Positions 36,171 to 46,867 of a DNA stretch of 64,000 nt are shown one piece after another; position 1 is the stretch's first letter, and the number at the start of each line of letters is the position of its first letter. A program made the translations under genes and the position numbers. Location of the stretch: positions 17,886 through 81,885 of the IMG/VR virus record IMGVR_UViG_3300031551_000001; one strand, 5' to 3'. Origin of the DNA: a virus. The notes under the pieces were generated by a model, which ran no database searches, was not told the DNA's origin, and saw only the letters and a list, made by a program, of their open reading frames with translations.

Positions 36171-38452
36171 TAAAATATTATATTATATTGACATTTTTGG
36201 TCTTGACAAATTTTGTCAATGCACAATTAACGGCAGGTCTTACTGCTTATTGGGGGTTAGATGAAGAATCCGGGACTATTGTTGATTCTGTAGGTTCAAA
36301 TGATGGTACTGTTACGGGGGCTACCTATGAAGCAACAGGGAAACTAAATACATGCCTTTCTTTTGATGGTAATGGAGATTATATTACATTTCCTGATGTA
36401 GCAGATTTACAGGGTTATGGAGATGATTTCGGAATGGGTGCATGGATATATCCCACACAATACTCAGGGGATGATTACAGGTATATTTTTGGTGGAGAAG
36501 AATATGCTTTTGGTATGGCAATAAATGCTATTTCTGAGGCACTTGTAATGAGGGTTATAGGCGCGTATTCATCTCCGTCAAGTTCATTTACTATTCCTTT
36601 AAATCAATGGTCTTTTGTATATTGTCAGATTGATTATTCTGAAACAACGAATGATGTTAGTTTTTATTGTAATGGTACTATGAATACGGTTACATTTAAT
36701 CATGATGCAACTAGCGGTTCATCTACTAATTTAATAGGGTGTAGAGAAGTTGGTCATGATTATTTTATAGGTAGAATTGACGATTCTTTTATTACTAAAA
36801 CTTTAAAAACAGAAGCACAATTAGATTCTATTTATAATTTAGGTGCTGGTAAAATATATCCTTGGGATTTTAGTGAAGGAACGGGGTTGGAATCTGGTTT
36901 TATTAGAAGTGAAATAGCACAATCTATGTGGAGAATTGAAGTTCAGAAAATTGCATTTCGTATTCCTTATGAGTCAGAAGGCGAAGAAGAAGAAACAGAA
37001 ATATCAACTTATCACATGGACGGTACTTGTCCCGAAAGTACACATCGTTGGGATGATTATGATTGTGCAGAAAATGATTTTGATAATCTTTCGTCAAGTT
37101 TGGCAATATCAGACACGAACGATTTTGCAGAAGTAATTTATATTGATCCTGACGCTCCTCCTGAAGGAGATGGTACTTATGGGTCTCCTTATGATTCATG
37201 GGAAGATATAGGAACAGGAACAAATAATTATGCTTATGTACAAAAGCGAGGAACTACTTGTGAAATTACAAGCACATTCGCCCCTACCGCTAACGGATTT
37301 ATGATGGGGGCTTATGGAGAAGGAGAGCGACCAATTATTCATAAAACAAATGCAGGAGATATTATTGATATTGATTACAAAGTGTGTATTCGAGATCTCT
37401 CTATAAGAGGTTATGCTGCTGTTGCGGATGCGGGGGAATTAATATTTTTTCATGGTGCTGCTGACGAATCATTTGTATACAATTGTGAATTAAGTTATGC
37501 TTATATTGGTCTTTTTTTATGGGCAGATAAATGCAGATTGATTAATAATGAAATATCCTATATGTATTTGGATGGAATATGGACAGGAGAAGCTTCTTAT
37601 ATTGAAATATCTCATAATAATATACATCACATTAATAGAGCCTACGATACAAATCCTTCTGAAAGTGTTGCCGGAGGAGACGGAATTCAATTTGCTTATA
37701 ATTGGTCGCAAGGGTGGATACACGATAATATAATAGACAGGTCAACGGAAGGAAATAAATTTTGTCTAGCTATAATCCCTGATGTAACAAAACGACCTTA
37801 TAACCAAAAGTTTATTATTGAATTTAATTCATTCACGGGCCCTCCTTATGATGAAGGAGGAGGGGCCTCCGTTATGCTAGATAGTGCTAAAAATTCAATC
37901 ATCCAATATAATCATTTTAAAGGAGTAGAAGGTACAGGCTCTAATGGGCGTGGAATATGGCTTGAATATGCATATAATGATACTTTGATGGGAAATACTT
38001 TTGAAGGTTATTGGATAGGTATACAAGGTGCTACACCAAATATGAATATTATTTTAAACAACAATACATTTTATGATAATGATGGATATATTGCTGTTAA
38101 TATTGATGGAAAATTTTATAATAATATATTTTCTGTTCCTACCGGAGCAAGTTCTTTTTCAAACATTAATTTAGACGATGAAAGTAATAATCTTTTTACA
38201 ATAACTGTTCCTGTTGGATGGAGTGGGTCATTTCATGGGAATCCTCATTATGTAGATTCTTTAAACAGTGATTTCACATTGCAAAGTAATTCAGATGCTA
38301 TTGATGCGGGGATAGAGCTTGATTACTATAATTATGATATTACAAAAAAAGAAATAACCGGAGATACAGATTGCGGAGCTTATGAACATAATTTATGGTG
38401 GCTTATTATGCTTTTACCGTTCTTATTTTTCAATTATAAAAGAAAAAGATAA
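36167..38452 (+). CDS. LamG + right-handed beta-helix protein with signal peptide and C-terminal membrane anchor
   Basis: NFVNA|Q; LTAYWGLDE..G, FDG.GDYI and FIGRIDD (LamG); PbH repeats; DCGAYE followed by LWWLIMLLPFLFFNYKRKR. Confidence 0.8.
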   Translation: MIKYYIILTFLVLTNFVNAQLTAGLTAYWGLDEESGTIVDSVGSNDGTVTGATYEATGKLNTCLSFDGNGDYITFPDVADLQGYGDDFGMGAWIYPTQYSGDDYRYIFGGEEYAFGMAINAISEALVMRVIGAYSSPSSSFTIPLNQWSFVYCQIDYSETTNDVSFYCNGTMNTVTFNHDATSGSSTNLIGCREVGHDYFIGRIDDSFITKTLKTEAQLDSIYNLGAGKIYPWDFSEGTGLESGFIRSEIAQSMWRIEVQKIAFRIPYESEGEEEETEISTYHMDGTCPESTHRWDDYDCAENDFDNLSSSLAISDTNDFAEVIYIDPDAPPEGDGTYGSPYDSWEDIGTGTNNYAYVQKRGTTCEITSTFAPTANGFMMGAYGEGERPIIHKTNAGDIIDIDYKVCIRDLSIRGYAAVADAGELIFFHGAADESFVYNCELSYAYIGLFLWADKCRLINNEISYMYLDGIWTGEASYIEISHNNIHHINRAYDTNPSESVAGGDGIQFAYNWSQGWIHDNIIDRSTEGNKFCLAIIPDVTKRPYNQKFIIEFNSFTGPPYDEGGGASVMLDSAKNSIIQYNHFKGVEGTGSNGRGIWLEYAYNDTLMGNTFEGYWIGIQGATPNMNIILNNNTFYDNDGYIAVNIDGKFYNNIFSVPTGASSFSNINLDDESNNLFTITVPVGWSGSFHGNPHYVDSLNSDFTLQSNSDAIDAGIELDYYNYDITKKEITGDTDCGAYEHNLWWLIMLLPFLFFNYKRKR

Positions 38453-38457
38453 AAATT

Positions 38458-39213
38458 ATGAACAATGGTGATATATTTGGATTTGTAAACGCTGTTTTAA
38501 GAAAGGAAAAAGAGGGATCTGTTTTAACTCCTGCACAGTTTAATCTTTTTCTTAAAACTTCTATGTGGGAGAAAATCAATTCAAATTTTAAGAGATTTGA
38601 AGAATCTCAGATTATCACAGATTCGTTGGGTGAATTAAGGGTTGACGCAGAAACCCTTGCTATTGACGCGGACGGAGAGGGAGATTTGAGTGGGCTTAGT
38701 GAAACTTATTTGCATGTAATACCAAATCCAACTTATATATATTCCGGTTCTGTAAGGGAAATTGATATTGTAACAGCGGGGGAATATGCTCATTATTCTG
38801 CGAGTGCATCAATGGCTCCAGATGCAACATGGCCTATTGCTAAAATAGTAGGGGATACAATATATGTTAATCCGCTTGTAAGCGTTAATATATCTTTTTC
38901 TTATTTTAAGGAACCGGATGAATCTTATTATGATTATTACGTAGACGCAAATGATGAGCAGGTTTATCTGGAGGTGGGGGCATCACACACTCTTTTGGCC
39001 GGAGAGGAATATGTCGATAAGGATGATGGTACGGTAAGGGGCGAAGATTATGAAATTACGGCAGAAATAAATCATTCTGTAGAATTACCATTTCCAGACA
39101 ATGAAAGAATAGATGTAGCGTATAAGATTTTGCAAAAAATGGGTATTCCTGTTGACAAGATAGTTGCCACTGAATATGGTTCGTTCAGAGAACAAAAAGA
39201 AGAAATGTTATGA
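38458..39213 (+). CDS. Tail ring/adaptor protein
   Basis: KEKEG..LTPAQFN, Y.KEP and ELP motifs; typical size and position of crAss-like ring proteins. Confidence 0.65.
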   Translation: MNNGDIFGFVNAVLRKEKEGSVLTPAQFNLFLKTSMWEKINSNFKRFEESQIITDSLGELRVDAETLAIDADGEGDLSGLSETYLHVIPNPTYIYSGSVREIDIVTAGEYAHYSASASMAPDATWPIAKIVGDTIYVNPLVSVNISFSYFKEPDESYYDYYVDANDEQVYLEVGASHTLLAGEEYVDKDDGTVRGEDYEITAEINHSVELPFPDNERIDVAYKILQKMGIPVDKIVATEYGSFREQKEEML

Positions 39214-39815
39214 CAAGAGAAAGTTATATAGAAATGTTGAGAGATAGAATCAAAAGACTTGATTCTTCCGCTAGAGTTCGCCCACAATTGATAAATGCAG
39301 CTCTTGATGCCGTATGGCAGAATATGGCATTTGAAAACATGGGATCTCTTGGTTCGGATGTAAATTTTTGTACCAAGCTATACGAAGCTGTTGATGTTGA
39401 GGAAGGCGCGGATGGAACGTATTATTCAGAGTTACCAAATGCTATAATTAATTTACCAAGGGCAGCAAGCGGTGTTGGAAGAATTAATCAGGTTAATAGC
39501 AGGGATTATGATTTTTCTCCTGTTACGGAAAGAAATTTCAGGCTTCTTACTTCTCTTGATGTATATGATATAGGTAATAAAATTTATTATTATGTTACTA
39601 AGGATTATGTTTATTATGGTGAATCTATGACGGCAGCAATAGCGGGAGTGGGCGTGGACATGAGACTTGTAATACCATTTAAAGATTATGATTTGGATGA
39701 GAATATACCAATTCCTTCTGGACAGGCAGAGAGATTTCTTGGTGATGCGATGAATTTTTTAATGGGCACTACTCCTATTAATCAAAATAACACAAATAAA
39801 GAAACAGCACCATGA
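39210..39815 (+). CDS. Tail ring/adaptor protein
   Basis: YSELP..I..LP motif; coupled gene. Confidence 0.55.
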   Translation: MTRESYIEMLRDRIKRLDSSARVRPQLINAALDAVWQNMAFENMGSLGSDVNFCTKLYEAVDVEEGADGTYYSELPNAIINLPRAASGVGRINQVNSRDYDFSPVTERNFRLLTSLDVYDIGNKIYYYVTKDYVYYGESMTAAIAGVGVDMRLVIPFKDYDLDENIPIPSGQAERFLGDAMNFLMGTTPINQNNTNKETAP

Positions 39816-40528
39816 GTAAGACAAGTGCATTAATAACTATAAACGATATTACTGAAGGCATCATGGCGATGACGGACGTTCCTGAAGAATATGGGTTTCG
39901 TGTTGAGCAATTGGTAATTAATGCTGTTAAAGAGCTTAATTTACTTGTTCTTGATGAAGGAAGGGTAGTTGAAAAGAAAACAATGGACAGCAATTATCTT
40001 CTTGCTATGCCAAGTGATCTTGTACGCCTTAATGGAGCATGTATACCTGTTAATGGAGAATTATGGCCGCTTACCGTAGAGAGAAAGATAGTACCCACCA
40101 CCTCATTGACAGATGGGGCAGTGACGCTTGATAGCGATGACGGAGAAGGGGTAGATTTAGTAAAAGAAGGAACCGGGTTTGCATCGAGAGGTGGAGTTAA
40201 CTTACATGGATATGTATTCCCTGATTATGCAAAAAGAAGATTTGTATTTAGAAATGTGAATAGATCGGAAGTTCTTTTGGATTATAAAACGAGTGGAATT
40301 GAATTAACAGGAATCACATACATACCAACTCATGCAAAATCTGCCATTAATGCTTATGTTCGTCTTTATCTTGAAATGAATAAATTAAAACCAAATTTTG
40401 AAATTGTATATGGTTTCCGTGATGAATATGAAAGACAAAAAGATATTTGCAGGGGAGTAAAATTTAATATGTATGAATTTCTGGATGCTATGTATAGAAC
40501 AATGATACCAACTATCGGAAGATTATGA
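39812..40528 (+). CDS. Tail ring/adaptor protein
   Basis: MPSDLV, VLLDY..SG and IP..A..AI.AY motifs. Confidence 0.6.
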   Translation: MSKTSALITINDITEGIMAMTDVPEEYGFRVEQLVINAVKELNLLVLDEGRVVEKKTMDSNYLLAMPSDLVRLNGACIPVNGELWPLTVERKIVPTTSLTDGAVTLDSDDGEGVDLVKEGTGFASRGGVNLHGYVFPDYAKRRFVFRNVNRSEVLLDYKTSGIELTGITYIPTHAKSAINAYVRLYLEMNKLKPNFEIVYGFRDEYERQKDICRGVKFNMYEFLDAMYRTMIPTIGRL

Positions 40529-43500
40529 ATGATTTCAGGGATGTAATAAATTTTATTGAAGGTGGTCTTAATTATGATGACGACCTTATTGTTATACCTC
40601 CGGGACAAAGCAGAAACATGAGAAATATTGTTTCTACTGATGACTCTAATTTTAATGTAAAAACAAACCTTAAAGGAAACACATTAAGAAGCACTGCTGT
40701 TGGGGGTGGTGCATTTACTTATCCTGCCGGAGTGTTAAAGGTTATAGGATTTGTAGAAGATAAGGAAGATAAGGCGGGAATATTTTTTGTTTATTCAAGC
40801 ACAGGCAAACATAGTATTATCAAATATTATTCAGATGTTAACCAACTTGAGTATATTGTCAATGGCGCCACTTATGGTTCCTTATTGAATTTTGCTTCCG
40901 ATTCTTTTATAGATGCTGTAATAATAGGTAATGAAGATGATAAACAACTTGTTTGGGTTGATGGGAATAATAACGAACCAAGGTCTTGTCTTATTGATAG
41001 TGATATTTATGTTTCTTCAGATGTTTTAAGTTATTACAGAAAACCTCTTCTTTCAGAGGTAAACGTTATATATATTGATACAAATCTTAATAAGAACAAC
41101 CTTAAAGGAAAGCTTTTCCAATTTGCTATAAGAAAAAAATTTCTGATAGACAATTCATTTTCTGTATTAAGTCCTTATACTAAAATTCCTATTCCTCAGA
41201 ATGATGAGAATCCAAGCGGAAGATTTACTACAATAGCTAAAAATAATGTTATAGCCGTATCTTTCGTTGATCCGGGGGAGTTAAATGTAGAATATGAATT
41301 ATGTTACAGAATTATTGATATAGGTTTGGGGGCTCCGAGTGATTGGTATATTTCAGGTGTTAAAATGCAGCATAGTGGTATTAATGCTTATTTTAATTTT
41401 ACAAATGATGAGACAGGAGTTTTACTAGAAAGTACTGAGTCGGACAGGGTTTATGATTATGTGCCGGATTATGCAAATCATGTAGCAACCATAGATTCTA
41501 ATCAGGTTGTATTTGGGGGAGTTACTGAGGGATATGACAACATGGACCTAGATGATGTAGATGTTACTTTAACGGGTAGTGTGGTTACATTGACAACATC
41601 TATAGTCACAACCATAACAAAGAGCACTACAATAGCCCACAGTGCACCCCGTGAAAGATTTTATGTAACCAAAGATACAGATGATGATTATTATTATTTG
41701 GTTGTTGTAAGTGGCGGGGCACAGGGTGTTTTCAGTTATGCAAACACCGAAGGGGTAACGGATGATGATGTGAGATATTATCTCATTGCTCAAATAGGTA
41801 ATCTAGCAAATGTAAGCACCATGGGTTCTGCTGATGATTATATAGACGTGACAAATACAACGGGTTCTGATTTATTGGTTAGTTTATTTGTAATTAAGGC
41901 AGGAGTAAAACAGCCATCCTTTAAATTAGGCTCTAAACAATTTTTCGGAATCCAATATTTAAGAAATGGGAAACCATTTTATGTAACGGGGAACACAGAT
42001 TATGACTCAACAAACAATCCATTCGTATTTGACGTTCCAGAGGGAACAGGTGTTGGTTATTCCAATAGATTCAACAATTTTTACTATAGAATTAAATGGG
42101 AAATTAATCATAGTCCACCTGAATTAGCTACTCATTGGCAATGGGTATATCTTGGAAATAATATTGATTATCATGAAGTTTATCTGGTAAGTAAGGAAGA
42201 TGATGTAACTCATGAGGGAGATTTCACTCTTTTATCTAAAAGCATGATTTCTAATTTTAAATTAGCTTATGGAGATGATATAAATTATGGATTTGATATA
42301 CAAAAGGGAGATAGAATAAGATTTTCTGGTTTTTTTGCTAATGGTGATTATGTACATATCCCGCAAGTAGAAATGTTTCAGGACAGCGTATTTGATTACG
42401 AGGTATTGGCCGTTGATGACGATTATATCAAAATTCAGAATATAGAAAGAGAATCATTTTTTGATTCAAATGATTTCTTTTATGTACAGGCTTACAGATT
42501 TAAGGGAATAAGCGAAACAGCAGGAATTTATCAGGCAATTTCACCGGTATATGAAATTTATACTTCTGGGGTAAACCGGTATCACAGAGGAGATGATAAT
42601 GATCAAACAGCGATTCATGCGGCGGATGGATATTTTAATTCTTATTTTGGAAATTGTTTTAAACAATATACGGTATTTGTAAATGAAAGTAATGCTGATG
42701 AATATACCTCGCTTAAATCAGCGTTTGGGTGGATGGAAAATCACAATGCATCTCTTTTATATGACTCCAATATTCAGTCTTTCGGGAAGACCAATATATT
42801 GAATGAATTTGCGGAAAGAAGAACGTGGAATAAAATAAGGTGGGGAGGCATGTATCTTGATGAATCTGGCATAAATTATATGAGAAGTTTTGGTTATATA
42901 GACGAAAAACCTCTAGATGATCGAAACGGTCAGATTACAAAACTTGAACAACTGGGAGATACATTGAAAGCATATCAGGAAAGAAAAACAACATCTTTTT
43001 ATCTGAAAGCAAAATCATCTGTTAATCCTGATGGTTCATTAACTTATGTATTTAGTAACGATGTAATGTCTGACGGAAGACAAAGCATAACTGATTATGG
43101 CTGTACTCATTTTTCCAGCTATGTAAAGAATGTGAGAGGAGCATATTTTTTTGATATTATTAATGCAGTAGTAATAAAAGACACTCAGGGTGGGTTAGTC
43201 CCAATATCAGATATAAAAATGCATACTTATTTCAAGGATAAGGCAAGGGCAATTTTAGAATATGGTATATCTGATGTAGATATACTTGGCGGATGGGATG
43301 AAGATTTGGATATATATTTTATTACTTTCAGGGTTCCGGGGGACTCTCAGAGTTCCATTAATGAAACAATAGGATTTTTTGAGAGTAAAGACAGGTGGGA
43401 ATGTTTTTGTGATTTTATACCCGAATATTATGGAAAGATTTCAGGTTTTACGGCACTTGCTTTTCATGAGGGCACATTATATACCCAGAACACAAATTCC

Positions 43501-43890
43501 ACAAGAAATAATTTCTTCGGAGTACAATATGGTTCTATAATTGATGTAATAGCAAAAGGAAATCCGTCTGTGGTGAAAACATGGGAATCTATATCCATTA
43601 TTTCAAGTGGGCAGTGGTCACCGTCTACTAATGGAGATATAGAAATCACAATTCCGTCTCTTATGCAATCAAGGTTGGTTGCTGGCAAGTTCAAGCAGCA
43701 GGAAGGAATATACAAATCGGAGTTCCTGAGAAACGCTTTAGATGGAAATAGTAACTTTGTAAGAAATAGACTTCAGACGGGTCATGTTTTGAGGGGGAAT
43801 GTAGTAAGGATTAGATTACGCAATTCGGACACTTCTGAAGCTAATATAAGAATGGTAATAATTAACAGTAAAGTAAGCGATAATGGCTAA
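40525..43890 (+). CDS. Tail nozzle/muzzle (stabilisation protein, P22 gp10-like beta-propeller)
   Basis: 1121 aa; GGLNYD.D...P....R..RN start; L.WVD...EPR, NNFFGVQY and LRG C-terminal motifs. Confidence 0.8.
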   Translation: MNDFRDVINFIEGGLNYDDDLIVIPPGQSRNMRNIVSTDDSNFNVKTNLKGNTLRSTAVGGGAFTYPAGVLKVIGFVEDKEDKAGIFFVYSSTGKHSIIKYYSDVNQLEYIVNGATYGSLLNFASDSFIDAVIIGNEDDKQLVWVDGNNNEPRSCLIDSDIYVSSDVLSYYRKPLLSEVNVIYIDTNLNKNNLKGKLFQFAIRKKFLIDNSFSVLSPYTKIPIPQNDENPSGRFTTIAKNNVIAVSFVDPGELNVEYELCYRIIDIGLGAPSDWYISGVKMQHSGINAYFNFTNDETGVLLESTESDRVYDYVPDYANHVATIDSNQVVFGGVTEGYDNMDLDDVDVTLTGSVVTLTTSIVTTITKSTTIAHSAPRERFYVTKDTDDDYYYLVVVSGGAQGVFSYANTEGVTDDDVRYYLIAQIGNLANVSTMGSADDYIDVTNTTGSDLLVSLFVIKAGVKQPSFKLGSKQFFGIQYLRNGKPFYVTGNTDYDSTNNPFVFDVPEGTGVGYSNRFNNFYYRIKWEINHSPPELATHWQWVYLGNNIDYHEVYLVSKEDDVTHEGDFTLLSKSMISNFKLAYGDDINYGFDIQKGDRIRFSGFFANGDYVHIPQVEMFQDSVFDYEVLAVDDDYIKIQNIERESFFDSNDFFYVQAYRFKGISETAGIYQAISPVYEIYTSGVNRYHRGDDNDQTAIHAADGYFNSYFGNCFKQYTVFVNESNADEYTSLKSAFGWMENHNASLLYDSNIQSFGKTNILNEFAERRTWNKIRWGGMYLDESGINYMRSFGYIDEKPLDDRNGQITKLEQLGDTLKAYQERKTTSFYLKAKSSVNPDGSLTYVFSNDVMSDGRQSITDYGCTHFSSYVKNVRGAYFFDIINAVVIKDTQGGLVPISDIKMHTYFKDKARAILEYGISDVDILGGWDEDLDIYFITFRVPGDSQSSINETIGFFESKDRWECFCDFIPEYYGKISGFTALAFHEGTLYTQNTNSTRNNFFGVQYGSIIDVIAKGNPSVVKTWESISIISSGQWSPSTNGDIEITIPSLMQSRLVAGKFKQQEGIYKSEFLRNALDGNSNFVRNRLQTGHVLRGNVVRIRLRNSDTSEANIRMVIINSKVSDNG

Positions 43891-44782
43891 AGAAAGAAGT
43901 GATACTGGCAGCATAGGAGGAGGTTTCAGGTCATTTCTGGGATCAATGCCGTGGTCGGCAATTATCCAGATGATTAATCAGGAGGGGGAAGCATCCAGGG
44001 GAAGAAGAGAAGCTTATGATCCCTCTACAGGACAATTTTATGATAGTAATCGCGTAGAAACAGGGTATGGGCTTGGTGCTACATTCGCACCACATAAGGC
44101 TTTATCAGACCCAGATGTAGCACCTATAGATAAATGGATGACAGGAATATTGGGATTAGGGGCACTTTCTTATTTTACCGGCGGAGGGAAAAGGTATCGT
44201 GAAAGAAAAGAGGCAAGACTGAAAGAACAGACAGAAAAAGCACATGAAATATTCAGAAACGCTCCTAAGTATGAAATACCGCAGGAAGCTCTGGATATTT
44301 TAGAAATGTCACAAGAAGGAGCACAAAAAGCTCGCGGATATACTGAGAAGGCTCTTGGTCTTGCAAGGGAAGCAACAGAAAGCGAAATGCCGGGCATGGG
44401 TATAATAAAAGAAGACATTCTTTCCTCAGGAGCAAATGTGGCCAGTAATATTTCTAGGAGTGGAAATATTAATGATTTAACTGAAGTACACAGAGCAACT
44501 ACAAGTTCTCTTCAGAAATTACACTCACAGAATGTAGCTTATAAAGACAGAGCGAGTAAAGATTTACAGAGCACAATGATGGGGGCAGCACAGAATGAGG
44601 TAGCTGCCGCGAATCTACAGATAAAGGGGTTGAGTAGCATGGTTGATCAAAAAGAGCAAGCTTTTCAAATCAATTACTTAGACCCCAGATATAACGAGTT
44701 GCAATATGATTTGATACAACTTGGTAATCAGATGGCGTTGTCCAATTCAAGTGGTGGTTTTTTAAGTGGAATGTTTAATTAA
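43883..44782 (+). CDS. Internal virion/ejection protein
   Basis: G/A/Q/M-rich with a hydrophobic patch; paralogous to the next gene. Confidence 0.6.
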   Translation: MAKERSDTGSIGGGFRSFLGSMPWSAIIQMINQEGEASRGRREAYDPSTGQFYDSNRVETGYGLGATFAPHKALSDPDVAPIDKWMTGILGLGALSYFTGGGKRYRERKEARLKEQTEKAHEIFRNAPKYEIPQEALDILEMSQEGAQKARGYTEKALGLAREATESEMPGMGIIKEDILSSGANVASNISRSGNINDLTEVHRATTSSLQKLHSQNVAYKDRASKDLQSTMMGAAQNEVAAANLQIKGLSSMVDQKEQAFQINYLDPRYNELQYDLIQLGNQMALSNSSGGFLSGMFN

Positions 44783-44792
44783 ATAAAATGTT

Positions 44793-45461
44793 ATGAGAGC
44801 AAGTGCACCCGAAGGATATGAGAGGAATCCTCTTTCTTATATGGTTCCTATTGAAAAGGAAAAAGAATCTAATAGAATGTTTGAATCAGGAGAAGGATTC
44901 CACTTTAAACTTTCTGATACGATTAATCCTTATAAGTACAGAATTCCACAGGAGGCTTTAGATATAATGAGTACTTATGAAGAATCAGCAGATTATCTCA
45001 GGGATACTTCTCAGGAAATGACTGATATAGCTAATTATAATAGAAATTTAGCAGAAGTTCGGGGAATGGGTGGATTGGGTGCGGATATATCTCAGGCAGA
45101 ATCAAATGTGATGGGGAGGGCTGTTTCTGTTGGCGGTGCATCCACATCTTCTATGGGAATAGCAAGTGAGTTGAGAAGTCAAAGTATAAGTTCTATGAGA
45201 GATGCAGCCATACAAGCACAAGCATCAAGACAACAAAAAGAAGAAGAATATAAAAACACTGTATTAAGTCAAGGGGGGGCAGAAATAGCTGCTTCTGAAA
45301 TGGAAATTAAAGGAAAACAAGAAATGTTAAGGCAGAGAGAACAGGAATTTCAGATTAATGTTCTTGATCCTTATTATTTTAAACAACAAAAGGAATTAAT
45401 TGAATTAAGTAAACAACCGGAAAGCGGGGGTCTTAGTTTTTTAAATCCTAAAAACTGGTAA
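44793..45461 (+). CDS. Internal virion/ejection protein (paralog of the previous gene)
   Basis: Shares KY.IPQEALDI and EQ.FQIN.LDP.Y. Confidence 0.6.
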   Translation: MRASAPEGYERNPLSYMVPIEKEKESNRMFESGEGFHFKLSDTINPYKYRIPQEALDIMSTYEESADYLRDTSQEMTDIANYNRNLAEVRGMGGLGADISQAESNVMGRAVSVGGASTSSMGIASELRSQSISSMRDAAIQAQASRQQKEEEYKNTVLSQGGAEIAASEMEIKGKQEMLRQREQEFQINVLDPYYFKQQKELIELSKQPESGGLSFLNPKNW

Positions 45462-45465
45462 TAAT

Positions 45466-46866
45466 ATGCCCGTACGAACACCAAAATTGGATTTTTCTTT
45501 TTTAGATCAACGAAGTTTGATCTATCAGGATCGCATTAACAGGAGTCGTCTGTTGGGTGATATAGCGCAGGGTGTTATAGGCGCTGTTCAGGAAGGAGCT
45601 AGGTATAAAAGAGCACAAGAAATAAAAAGTCAAGCTGAGTTAGCAGAAGCAATGGCCTTTGATACTAATATTACCGGAGATCATATTATTGACACAAAAC
45701 TCACTCAATGGTATAACGATTATTTAAAAGAACCAGGAACAGCTCTCTTGTATGATAAAAAGGGGAAAATAACTGGTGTAGATAAAATTGCTTTAAAAAC
45801 AAAACAAAAAGAGTTTATGCGAATAGCTAATTTCTGGAAGAATGAATTTTTAGCTGATGTAAATAATGCAAAAAAAACCTCTTTTTCTTCACAGAATCAG
45901 GGTTTATATGATTATGATGGAGATGAAATACAAAGAGTTTATGATGATTTAATGAATGATAGATTGAATTTGGCTGATGGCCCGGCTTATTATAATAAAA
46001 TTTATGCAGATAAATATGATACAGGACAGTATTTTGTCAGCATGAGGCCAATTGACCCTTCTGTGACAGTAGAAAAAATATTAGCTGAATTTCAGAAAGC
46101 AACAAAAAGACCTATTGGGAAAAGAACTGTTGTTGTTGAGAAAGACGGTAAAAAATATACGACATCTGTTGATGATTATGAATATGGAACGGCAGATGAA
46201 TTTATAGAATTTGCTAAGTCAAGTATCGCATCAGATAGAGATCGTGGCGCATGGATGGTCAAAGGCATAGGACTTGCACTTTCTCCTGATGAGCAAATGA
46301 AGGCTATGGAATTGTATCCAGAAAAGGAAATAACTGAAGTTTTTAATGATTACTTTTGGGATCAGAAAGTAAGACCTAAAGCAGAGAAGATACTTAATCC
46401 AAAACCGATTGTAGATACTAGGGTAGAACCGGTTTCAAGTACAGGGAAATCTAAGACAATACCTATGGTTGATGGTTCTTGGGATATTAGAGGGAATCCA
46501 CAAAAATTTACGGGATCAGAAAAAGAAGTTTATGATAGTAAAGGAAACAGGGTGAATTTAACTGAAAAAACAGCTTATATAACAGAATTAAAATATGGTA
46601 AAATTCCGGGAAGTAAAAATACTGGATTATATGTGGCTATGATTATATCTAAAAAAGGAGGGGCTTATGACGATTTGATCAAAAGAAAACAAAGTGGAGA
46701 AATTGTTGGTCGAGATGAATGGATGGCTGCATATTTGAATCAATCAGAAAAATCACAAGAAGTTTATATTCCTTATAATAAAGTTAAAAATGTACTTAAA
46801 GATTATACTTTCGAGGGTATAGATGAATTTACATTAGAAAAAGGAGATCCATTAGGAATATTATAA
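45466..46866 (+). CDS. Internal virion/ejection protein
   Basis: 466 aa, ends DPLGIL; position before the largest gene. Confidence 0.55.
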   Translation: MPVRTPKLDFSFLDQRSLIYQDRINRSRLLGDIAQGVIGAVQEGARYKRAQEIKSQAELAEAMAFDTNITGDHIIDTKLTQWYNDYLKEPGTALLYDKKGKITGVDKIALKTKQKEFMRIANFWKNEFLADVNNAKKTSFSSQNQGLYDYDGDEIQRVYDDLMNDRLNLADGPAYYNKIYADKYDTGQYFVSMRPIDPSVTVEKILAEFQKATKRPIGKRTVVVEKDGKKYTTSVDDYEYGTADEFIEFAKSSIASDRDRGAWMVKGIGLALSPDEQMKAMELYPEKEITEVFNDYFWDQKVRPKAEKILNPKPIVDTRVEPVSSTGKSKTIPMVDGSWDIRGNPQKFTGSEKEVYDSKGNRVNLTEKTAYITELKYGKIPGSKNTGLYVAMIISKKGGAYDDLIKRKQSGEIVGRDEWMAAYLNQSEKSQEVYIPYNKVKNVLKDYTFEGIDEFTLEKGDPLGIL

Positions 46867-46867
46867 T

